A program made the position numbers and the translations under genes. From Halalkalibacterium halodurans (lineage in GTDB: Bacteria; Bacillota; Bacilli; Bacillales; Bacillaceae_D): a stretch of 32,000 bases of DNA. Below are positions 16,225 to 23,603 of the stretch, one piece after another (position 1 is the first letter of the stretch; each line of letters starts with the position of its first letter). The notes under the pieces were generated by a model. It worked only from the letters and a program-made list of their open reading frames with translations, was not told the origin of the DNA and ran no database searches. The stretch is taken from assembly GCF_004376175.1 (NCBI RefSeq), contig NZ_SNUY01000001.1, positions 32,373 to 64,372 on the forward strand, given 5' to 3'.

Positions 16225-18582
16225 TCATCGCAATTCGACGACGGTATTCCCGAGCCCGCCTTCATTTGCCCCGCCATCCCTTGCTGATTTGACATGAGGA
16301 TGACGCTTCAGGAGGTCCTTCACACCTTTTCGTAACGCACCTGTACCTTTTCCGTGAATGATGGAGACTGATGCGTATCCTGCTAACAACGCGTCATCTA
16401 AATATTTTTCCACCTTGAGCATCGCTTCTTCGTAACGCTCCCCGCGAAGGTCAAGCTCAGGCTTGACGTGGTGATCACTTCCTCTTATCGTTGCTAATGG
16501 TTTCGTCTCGACAGGCTGTGGTCGATCAATAAGTTGAAGATCACTTGCCTCCACCTTCATCTTCATGATCCCCATTTGCACTTGATATTCTGCTTCACTC
16601 ACTTTTTCCACGATATGACCTTTTTGGCCGAAGCTAAGCACTTTTACTTCGTCACCTGGTTTGAATTCTCGTTTCTTCTCTGCTGTTCGTTTCACTTTTT
16701 TCTGCTGTTTTGTCAGCTTTGGCGCAGCCTCCTCCAAATGCTTTTTCGCATCGATGATTTGGTGCTCCTTCACTGAGACTCCTTGCTTTTGCAAATCACG
16801 GAGCTCGGAGATGATGACTTCGGCTTCCTCTTTCGCATCTTTCACCGCTTGCTCGGCTTGCTGTTCTGCTTCAGCTAAAATTCGCTCTTTTTCCTTTTCA
16901 AGATCATCTAATTTTTTCTGAAGATCGAGTCGGAGCTGTTCTGCCTCCTGTAAAGCTTTCTCGGCCTCTTCCCAGTCGCTTTCTGCTGATTTTTGACTTT
17001 GTTCGAGAGAAGCGATCATGCTTTCCACTTGGCTTGCATCCTCATCAATATGTGCCTTCGCCTGCTCGATAATTTTCTCTTCTAATCCTAGTCGTTTTGA
17101 AATGGCAAACGCATTGCTTCGCCCAGGAACCCCAATCAGCAAACGATAGGTTGGAGAAAGCGTTTCAACGTCAAATTCTACACTAGCGTTCATGACCCCT
17201 TCTCGATTATAGGCGTACCCTTTTAGCTCACTATAATGGGTAGTGGCAACAATACGTGCCCCGCGGCGGTACACGTCATCAAGGATAGCGATTGCGAGTG
17301 CCGCTCCTTCTGTCGGATCCGTTCCCGCACCAAGTTCATCGAAGAGCACTAAGCTTTCATGATCTACCTTCCCTAAAATGTCAACGATGTTCGTCATGTG
17401 TGAGGAAAACGTGGACAAGCTTTGTTCAATCGACTGCTCGTCCCCTATATCGGCAAACACATGTTTAAAAACTGCAAGCTCCGATTCTTCCTCCGCCGGT
17501 ACGTGCAATCCAGATTGAGCCATGAGGGTTAACAGTCCGATTGTTTTGAGCGTAACCGTCTTTCCCCCGGTATTGGGTCCGGTAATGACAAGGGAGGAGT
17601 AAGAATGCCCGAGCTCTATATCGATTGGGACAATTTCGTCATCAGGGATGAGCGGGTGTCTCCCTTGCTTGATGAGCAAGTAGCCTCGGTTATTCAAAAT
17701 GGGCTGTGTGGCGCGAATCGCCTTCCCATAGTGTGCCCGTGCCATAATAAAATCCAACTCAGCAAGAACGTCTACATTGACGAACAGATCGTCCACGTGC
17801 TCCGACACTTGCATGGATAACTCGGATAAAATCCGCTCGATTTCTCGCTGCTCCTTTGCCTTCGCTTCCCTAAGCTGGTTGTTGATCTCGACAACCGCCT
17901 GAGGCTCAACAAACAATGTGGCACCTGACGCCGATTGATCGTGGACGATCCCACCAAATGCCCCGCGATACTCCTGTTTCACTGGAATCACGTAGCGATC
18001 ATTGCGAATCGTCACAATGGCATCGGATAGCATTTTAGCTGTATTAGAGGAGCGTGTAATCCCCTCGAGCTTTGAGCGGACATTGGCCTCGAAACTACGG
18101 ATTTGATGACGCAATGTTCGCAGCGTTGGACTAGCCGAGTCTAGAACGTGTCCATTATCATCAATACATTGCTTGATCGCTCGTTCCAAATCCGTAAGTG
18201 GGACGATTTGCCGAGCAAACTCCCCAAGCAAGGGAAGGTCGGCCTCCTCCTCCTCAATCATCGTCTCGATGAATTTTTTTAACTGCCGGCCGCCATAAAT
18301 CGTGCTCGCTACCTCCAGTAGTTCTGAGGCATGCAGTAGGCCACCGATCTTTGCTCGTTTAAGGTGAGGTTTAATGTCAAAAATCCCACCGAGAGGAACA
18401 TGTCCTTTAAGCCGTAGCATGTTGGCGCCTTCTTGAGTCTGTGCCTGCCAGAGCTTTACTTTATTAAAATCGGTTGACGGTGTTAATTGTTCAACCTTTT
18501 TCCGACCAAGGCTAGAAGAAACATGCTCCAGCAATTGCTTTTTCATTTTTTCATATTCTAATACGCGTAATACACGCTCCAT
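16225..18582 (-). CDS. mutS2: Endonuclease MutS2 (MutS-family ATPase with C-terminal Smr domain)
   Basis: It has the Walker A motif [17 protein letters not shown], and a C-terminal Smr domain ([11 protein letters not shown]...[14 protein letters not shown]). I chose the ATG at 18580-18582 with AAAGGAG 7 nt upstream, giving 785 aa. The 18-aa track extension overlaps polX. Confidence 0.95.
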   Translation of the reverse strand: MERVLRVLEYEKMKKQLLEHVSSSLGRKKVEQLTPSTDFNKVKLWQAQTQEGANMLRLKGHVPLGGIFDIKPHLKRAKIGGLLHASELLEVASTIYGGRQLKKFIETMIEEEEADLPLLGEFARQIVPLTDLERAIKQCIDDNGHVLDSASPTLRTLRHQIRSFEANVRSKLEGITRSSNTAKMLSDAIVTIRNDRYVIPVKQEYRGAFGGIVHDQSASGATLFVEPQAVVEINNQLREAKAKEQREIERILSELSMQVSEHVDDLFVNVDVLAELDFIMARAHYGKAIRATQPILNNRGYLLIKQGRHPLIPDDEIVPIDIELGHSYSSLVITGPNTGGKTVTLKTIGLLTLMAQSGLHVPAEEESELAVFKHVFADIGDEQSIEQSLSTFSSHMTNIVDILGKVDHESLVLFDELGAGTDPTEGAALAIAILDDVYRRGARIVATTHYSELKGYAYNREGVMNASVEFDVETLSPTYRLLIGVPGRSNAFAISKRLGLEEKIIEQAKAHIDEDASQVESMIASLEQSQKSAESDWEEAEKALQEAEQLRLDLQKKLDDLEKEKERILAEAEQQAEQAVKDAKEEAEVIISELRDLQKQGVSVKEHQIIDAKKHLEEAAPKLTKQQKKVKRTAEKKREFKPGDEVKVLSFGQKGHIVEKVSEAEYQVQMGIMKMKVEASDLQLIDRPQPVETKPLATIRGSDHHVKPELDLRGERYEEAMLKVEKYLDDALLAGYASVSIIHGKGTGALRKGVKDLLKRHPHVKSARDGGANEGGLGNTVVELR

Positions 18583-18605
18583 GTTGCTACTCCTTTCAAG
18601 TACAC

Positions 18606-20327
18606 CTATGGCTGGTGCCGTCGTAAAAAGGCGCAAAATCGTTCAAGGGGCCATGTGTTGATGACCGTTTCTGGACGAATAAGACCTTTTCTGGCAACCC
18701 CAACACCGTACTCCATATAAGAAAACGTTTCTTTTGTATGTGAATCCGTATTAATAGCCATAACAACGCCTTGCTCTTGTGCTTTTTTAAGCGCCTCAGA
18801 ATTCAAATCCAACCGATTTGGATTAGCGTTTAATTCGAGGGCTGTGTTCGTCTCTTTCGCAAGCTCGATCAGCATGTCCACATCAACATCATAACCTTCC
18901 CGCCGGCCGATCAGTCTCCCAGTTGGGTGGGCAATGAGATCAACGTGATGATTCACAAGGGCTGTCTTCAGTCGGTCCATAATTTTTTCACGGGGCTGGG
19001 AAAAGGACGAATGAATGGAAGCAATGACGAAATCTACTTCTGCCAATATGGGATCCTCATAATCGAGGGTGCCATCTGGCAAAATGTCCATTTCAATCCC
19101 AGTGAAAATCGTAAAATCATCATATCGCTCATTTAGTTTACGAATTTTTGCGTGTTGTTCTTTTAAACGTTCCTCCGATAAGCCATTTGCCACCCGCAAA
19201 AATTTCGAATGATCGGTGATCGCAATATATTCATACCCTCGTTGTCGAGCGGCTTCGGCCATTTCCTCAATCGAATGAGCCCCATCGCTCCATGTCGTAT
19301 GCATGTGAAGGTCTGCGCGAATGTCTTCAAGGGTGACAAGAGCATGAGCCTCTTTAAACAGCTCCACCTCTCCTTGATCTTCGCGGGCTTCTGGCGGGAT
19401 GTACGTTAATCCAAAATGTTTAAAAAACGCCGATTCATCGGCAAAGGTTTTTACGTCCCCTGTCTCCGTGTTCTCCACCCCGTACTCGCTAATTTTTTCT
19501 CCACGGGCTTTCGCCAATTGCCGCATCTTCACGTTGTGCTCCTTAGATCCGGTAAAATGATGGAGCGTCGTCGCAAAGGCTTCGTCCTTAACGAGACGGA
19601 AATCAACGGAAATAGGATAGTCATATTTCAGTTCAACCGATACCTTTGTATCACCACTCGCAATCGTTTTGCCCATGTGCTTTAGCTGTAGCAGCTGTTC
19701 CCGCACGGCTTCTGGATCATCCGTGGAAATGATGTAATCTAAATCTTTTACCGTCTCTCTCATCCGCCGCAAGCTCCCAGCACGTGAAAAGCGATGGATG
19801 CTGTCCATTTCCTTGAGCTGCGCTTCAATCTCCACTGCAATTGGGAGGACAAAGGCAATAGGAAACCGTTCAGGCTTGTTCGATAATTCGGCAATCGCGG
19901 CTAAAATTTTTTCTTCAGACTTCTTCCCAAATCCGGCTAATTCGCGAACGTTTCCTTGCTCACATGCCTCCTTTAATGTAGCAAGATCAATCACCCCTAG
20001 CTCTTGATAAAGTTTGGCGATTTTTTTGCCACCCAAACTCGGAAGCTGGAGAAGCGGGATTAGGCCAGCTGGAACGCTTTCTTTTAATTCGTGCATAAGC
20101 GAGGATTCCCCAGTCTCTTTTAAGTCGAGAATCACTTCGGCCGTTCCTTTTCCGATTCCTTTTAACGTAGCCGGATCCTCGATCTCATCCAATGTTCGTT
20201 CATCTTGTTCGAGTGCAAGAGCCGCTTTTCGATAGGCGGATATTTTAAACGGGTTTTCCCCTTTAAGTTCCATATAAATGGCGATTCGTTCGAGTGTGCG
20301 AATCACATCTTTTTTGTTCATCGTCAT
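18606..20327 (-). CDS. polX: DNA polymerase/3'-5' exonuclease PolX (Pol-beta-like domain plus PHP domain)
   Basis: The N-terminal HhH/pol X core ([29 protein letters not shown]) is followed by a PHP domain ([11 protein letters not shown]...ITDHS). The start may be the second ATG at 20321, which has better SD spacing. Confidence 0.93.
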   Translation of the reverse strand: MTMNKKDVIRTLERIAIYMELKGENPFKISAYRKAALALEQDERTLDEIEDPATLKGIGKGTAEVILDLKETGESSLMHELKESVPAGLIPLLQLPSLGGKKIAKLYQELGVIDLATLKEACEQGNVRELAGFGKKSEEKILAAIAELSNKPERFPIAFVLPIAVEIEAQLKEMDSIHRFSRAGSLRRMRETVKDLDYIISTDDPEAVREQLLQLKHMGKTIASGDTKVSVELKYDYPISVDFRLVKDEAFATTLHHFTGSKEHNVKMRQLAKARGEKISEYGVENTETGDVKTFADESAFFKHFGLTYIPPEAREDQGEVELFKEAHALVTLEDIRADLHMHTTWSDGAHSIEEMAEAARQRGYEYIAITDHSKFLRVANGLSEERLKEQHAKIRKLNERYDDFTIFTGIEMDILPDGTLDYEDPILAEVDFVIASIHSSFSQPREKIMDRLKTALVNHHVDLIAHPTGRLIGRREGYDVDVDMLIELAKETNTALELNANPNRLDLNSEALKKAQEQGVVMAINTDSHTKETFSYMEYGVGVARKGLIRPETVINTWPLERFCAFLRRHQP

Positions 20328-20469
20328 CGTCCTTTCTTTCCTCCTCCATGATACCGAGTTTGCCCTATCAAAATCAAACGTTGCTCTCCGTACTTATCCG
20401 AGTTTTTATTTAGAAAAACTCGGTTAGGGCTAATTCCTATGGTGAAAACCGTTGTGTTTCTTAAAGTGC

Positions 20470-20499
20470 AAAAAAACTTCTCTTTGTCGTAAAGAGAAG
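20470..20499 (-). terminator. Intrinsic terminator after cvpA
   Basis: CTTCTCTTT (20477-20485) pairs with AAAGAGAAG (20491-20499). On the minus strand the hairpin is followed by TTTTTTT. Confidence 0.8.
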
Positions 20500-20510
20500 T
20501 CCTATTCCAA

Positions 20511-21050
20511 TTACATTGGGTTGTTAATCCACAAGTTGCGAATAAACTCAGATAAAAATGGTGTATGGTTCATGATAAACTGTGCGACTAACGACTGGTT
20601 TAAATGAGTTTGCACCGTCTCGATCGGCAGCAATGCACCAACATAGAGGAGAACAAACATAATTAAATACACTTCAACAAATCCGAGAATGCCCCCGAGC
20701 CACCCGTTAACCGAGCGCAATATCGGCAAATGGGTTAAAAAGTCAAGCATCGAGCCGACGATGTGCAATAATATCTTTGTTCCAATGAAAAGAAGGGCAA
20801 ACGCAATTCCAGAATAATAGACATTTTCAAAGTTAAACGCTTCAATCAACATCGTCACAGGGCTGTCTGGTGAAAATTGAGGGTATGGAATCCATAAACG
20901 AATGTAGGTAGCAACTGGAGCATAGTATTTGTAAGCTACAAAAAACGCAGCAACGAAGCCGAGGAGATGTACGAGCTGTAAAATCAATCCCCTCCGCTTT
21001 CCGATAAAAAAGCTACATAGCAAAATAAACAATAAAATCACACTAAGCAT
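20511..21050 (-). CDS. cvpA: CvpA-family membrane protein (YshB)
   Basis: 179 aa with 4 TM segments. It overlaps the zapA stop (ATGCTTAG). Its position matches B. subtilis yshB. Confidence 0.85.
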   Translation of the reverse strand: MLSVILLFILLCSFFIGKRRGLILQLVHLLGFVAAFFVAYKYYAPVATYIRLWIPYPQFSPDSPVTMLIEAFNFENVYYSGIAFALLFIGTKILLHIVGSMLDFLTHLPILRSVNGWLGGILGFVEVYLIMFVLLYVGALLPIETVQTHLNQSLVAQFIMNHTPFLSEFIRNLWINNPM

Positions 21051-21318
21051 TTTTTTCGTCTCCTGTTAATCTCTGCTGTTCTAAATAACGAATGTACTCT
21101 TCCAATTTTTTTAAATCATCCATCACATTTACGGCCGTTAATACGGCTAGTCTCGTTGTATCTAAGTACGGATTAACCTTCCGTAGTTCACGCATTTTTG
21201 CATCAATTTCAGCGGCCACTTCTTTCATGTATTCGGGACTATCATAGCCAGCAACCGTATACTGCTGTCCATAAATCGAGACGGTGGTACGCTGCTTTTC
21301 TCTTTGTCTCTCTTTCAC
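21043..21318 (-). CDS. zapA: Cell division protein ZapA
   Basis: 91 aa; ...VSIYGQQYTVAGYDSPEYMKEVAAEIDAKMRELRK... is a typical ZapA. The start is GTG with GGAGG 7 nt upstream. Confidence 0.9.
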   Translation of the reverse strand: MKERQREKQRTTVSIYGQQYTVAGYDSPEYMKEVAAEIDAKMRELRKVNPYLDTTRLAVLTAVNVMDDLKKLEEYIRYLEQQRLTGDEKNA

Positions 21319-21367
21319 CGAAAAGCCTCCTATTCGTCAAATCACACTATCAATAAATCTACATTCT

Positions 21368-21376
21368 ATCATAACA
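21368..21376 (-). promoter_or_regulatory. Extended -10 promoter candidate for zapA (TGtTATGAT)
   Basis: The minus strand reads CGTGTTATGATAGAATG, about 45 nt upstream of the zapA start. Confidence 0.4.
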
Positions 21377-21470
21377 CGAAGCGCTATGGATGAAAACAGA
21401 CATTGTAAAAAGGTGACAAATTCCTTAGAACTTTGTCGCTTCAAGCTTCTTGCCCCCTTTTTTTTGCGAT

Positions 21471-21498
21471 TTGACATTTTTTGATAATGTTATAGAAT
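21471..21498 (+). promoter_or_regulatory. Strong orphan sigmaA promoter: TTGACA, 16 nt spacer, TAGAAT
   Basis: TTGACA is at 21471-21476 and TAGAAT at 21493-21498 on the plus strand, divergent from zapA. No ORF of 60 aa or more and no RBS-supported short ORF follows it. Confidence 0.55.
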
Positions 21499-21831
21499 GG
21501 ATGGGCCCTTCGTCATGAATCGTAGCACCCTTCCCTTAGGTTTTATATCGGCACGTTTAAAGGATTTTTTGGTAGCAAGTCATTATAAAAGCAAAGTTTT
21601 TTGTCAAATGTTGGCGTAGCATAGCAAAATTGAAAGGATCATAGCGAAATACTTATCAACATATAGATACGGTCAAAATCCACATTGGCTTCGTGTATGG
21701 TCCACCTTTTCGTTCACACAATTCCCTAATGATTTGTCCAATACTTTTCTTGATCTTACCATGAAGCGAGGATTTTTTTACCATGCTAAAAGCTTTCTGG
21801 AGCCCCTGGTAGCCAGACCTTTCAAAACCAA

Positions 21832-21878
21832 CAAAAACAGGCTAAGCGACTCTTAACTTTCGCTTAGCCCTTTTCTTA
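21832..21878. terminator. Bidirectional terminator, downstream of the LysE-family gene and closing the orphan plus-strand transcript
   Basis: GGCTAAGCG (21840-21848) pairs with CGCTTAGCC (21861-21869). It is flanked by CAAAAACA on the left and CTTTTCTT on the right. Confidence 0.7.
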
Positions 21879-22517
21879 GCCACTGCTCATGAGTTGGAAT
21901 ATAACTGTCACTGCTTGGAAAGCAAAGCTGATCCCAAATCCGATTAGGACTAGGCCCGCCCCAATCGAAAGCCATTTGATAAATTTCTGATTCAAAAATT
22001 TCCGTCCGAAATGGACAGATGTGGCAACCGTTAAATCCCACAACGCGATTCCAATAAAAATAAAACTACTATAAAGCAATGCGTAACTTGAATGTACATT
22101 CGTTAAAGTGGTGGTTAAAACCGAACCATAAATTCCAACCCAGAAAACTATATTTAATGGATTAGAAATAGCAATTAAAAATCCAGATAAGAAACAACGC
22201 CACTTGCTTACTGATTGGATTCCGTCTGAAATGATGACATTTTTAAATGCATCTCTAATACTTTCATAGCCTAGATAGCTTAAAATAGCGAATCCAAAAA
22301 CCCATAAGATAAATTGAGCTAATGGAGCCGTAAGAAAGCTTGAGATTCCTATATAAATTAGGATCATTAAAACAACGTCGGCCGACATTCCACCGAGTCC
22401 TACCGCCCAGGAATGCCAGAACCCACTTTTGATTCCCCTTTTGATCATTTCAACATTAATTGGCCCAACGGGTATAGAAAGAGCTAGGCCTAATACAATA
22501 TAGCTTAGTAGATTCAT
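21876..22517 (-). CDS. LysE/RhtB-family amino-acid efflux protein
   Basis: 213 aa with about 6 TM segments. The N-terminus (LGLALSIPVGPINVEMIKRG) is typical of the LysE translocator family. Its ATG overlaps the upstream stop as ATGA. Confidence 0.8.
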   Translation of the reverse strand: MNLLSYIVLGLALSIPVGPINVEMIKRGIKSGFWHSWAVGLGGMSADVVLMILIYIGISSFLTAPLAQFILWVFGFAILSYLGYESIRDAFKNVIISDGIQSVSKWRCFLSGFLIAISNPLNIVFWVGIYGSVLTTTLTNVHSSYALLYSSFIFIGIALWDLTVATSVHFGRKFLNQKFIKWLSIGAGLVLIGFGISFAFQAVTVIFQLMSSG

Positions 22518-23278
22518 TGATTATTTTTTCTCCCTGTTATTGGACATCTCATTACACTTTCCTCATTTGTTTCAGGTAACACATATTGTTTCCACTCTCT
22601 GCTATCAGGGTCGCCGTAATCTCCGATATCGGGATGACTAGCAATCTTATCATACTTTTTTAATCTCTCGCGAATTACTTCTCTTACTTTTCTACCCTTT
22701 GCTGTATCTCCTGTTATATCATCTAAAGTACCCCTGGGTTGCATCGTTATTTCTAACCCATAAGGTGTATAACGACTTTTTCGATCATTATAGAAAGGTT
22801 CACGACAAACTAAAAAAATGGGTTCGCCTGCAAAACAAAACTCCCATTTAGGATCGTTTGGATCGTTTGGTATATCTGGAGGCCAGACACTTGGATCATT
22901 GACATTTAAAAAATTGATTACATTCCAGAACTGTTTTTTATAGTCTTCTGAAACTCCACCTTCTATGGGTTTGAAAAATAATACAAGTGTTGTACGTTTT
23001 CCAATAGATCTATAACTTTTTATATATTCATAAACCGCATTTTTTACCCTATGTAACTCTTTTTCATCATAAGCTGACTCTGCAAAAATATAACGTATAA
23101 GTCCATTTTTTTCCGCTTCAACAGCAAAATAACACGGATATGGCTCAGTTACATCTAGCAAAGAACGTCTAAAATCATAATATGTTCTTACCATCCATTC
23201 TTCTAATTCCCCATTCCCAATACAGTCAGCCAATTTTTCTTGATCTAACAAACAGCCAACTTTCAACAAAACAATCAA
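22514..23278 (-). CDS. YqcI/YcgG-family protein (PF08892-like)
   Basis: About 251-254 aa. The PYPCYFAVEA motif and the C-terminal FLVCREPFYNDRKSRYTPYGLEITMQPRG block resemble B. subtilis YqcI/YcgG as recalled. The track start is TTG at 23278, directly abutting AGGAG. The TTG at 23269 has better spacing. Confidence 0.7.
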   Translation of the reverse strand: MIVLLKVGCLLDQEKLADCIGNGELEEWMVRTYYDFRRSLLDVTEPYPCYFAVEAEKNGLIRYIFAESAYDEKELHRVKNAVYEYIKSYRSIGKRTTLVLFFKPIEGGVSEDYKKQFWNVINFLNVNDPSVWPPDIPNDPNDPKWEFCFAGEPIFLVCREPFYNDRKSRYTPYGLEITMQPRGTLDDITGDTAKGRKVREVIRERLKKYDKIASHPDIGDYGDPDSREWKQYVLPETNEESVMRCPITGRKNNQ

Positions 23279-23313
23279 CTCCTATATATGATTAATATTG
23301 TTAATTAATCCAT

Positions 23314-23342
23314 ATTATATCTTTAATTTAAATTTTATTCAA
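23314..23342 (-). promoter_or_regulatory. sigmaA promoter of the YqcI-LysE cassette: TTGAAT, 17 nt spacer, TATAAT
   Basis: On the minus strand the -35 is at 23337-23342 and the -10 at 23314-23319, with an exact 17 nt spacer. It lies about 40 nt upstream of the ORF start. Confidence 0.6.
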
Positions 23343-23561
23343 TATCATAATTCATAATCATTTATAATTATTAATCAAAGTAAGAGGATCTAATATTTAG
23401 ATCTGTTCACAGCATCAAGGGAGAGGGTGTGCAATTTGAAGGTTGCTGTATAAAACAATTGCTGACTTGATATTATTAGGTTTCTCTTTTTTATTACTAA
23501 ATTATACCATATATCAAAGGACTAACACGATTTTGTCTCATCATTTAGTATCCATTCTTTC

Positions 23562-23590
23562 AAAAAAAGCCAGCCTGCAATGAGGCTGAC
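23562..23590 (-). terminator. Intrinsic terminator of pheST
   Basis: The minus strand reads GTCAGCCTCATTGCAGGCTGGC followed by TTTTTTTG, 14 nt after the pheT stop. Confidence 0.8.
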
Positions 23591-23603
23591 TCCTTCTCAA
23601 TGA

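Noticed and set aside
15848-16297. A 149-aa plus-strand ORF.
   Set aside because: It is antisense to yshE and the mutS2 3' end, and has no RBS or family resemblance.
18583-18636. The extended mutS2 start at 18636. The same issue applies to the extended starts of sdhC (2121), the ktr gene (3758), ysgA (28294), the DinB gene (30253), sspI (28371) and fadB (11024).
   Set aside because: The extensions lack an SD, overlap neighbouring genes or regulatory RNA, and add residues absent from homologues. Internal starts with a good SD were chosen instead.
21582-21607. A minus-strand TTGACA ... TATAAT pair inside the ORF-free zapA-LysE interval.
   Set aside because: The spacer is only 14 nt, too short for a functional sigmaA promoter. 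It is probably a chance match in AT-rich DNA.
21656-21784. A 42-codon minus ORF, MVKKSSLHGKIKKSIGQIIRELCERKGGPYTKPMWILTVSIC, with a vaguely HTH-like IGQ.IREL..KG segment.
   Set aside because: It has no SD upstream and the similarity is too short to assign. I treat it as possible gene debris, mentioned under the orphan-promoter finding, not as a gene.
21853-22041. A 62-aa minus-strand ORF.
   Set aside because: It is an out-of-frame overlap with the 3' part of the LysE-family gene and extends through its terminator.
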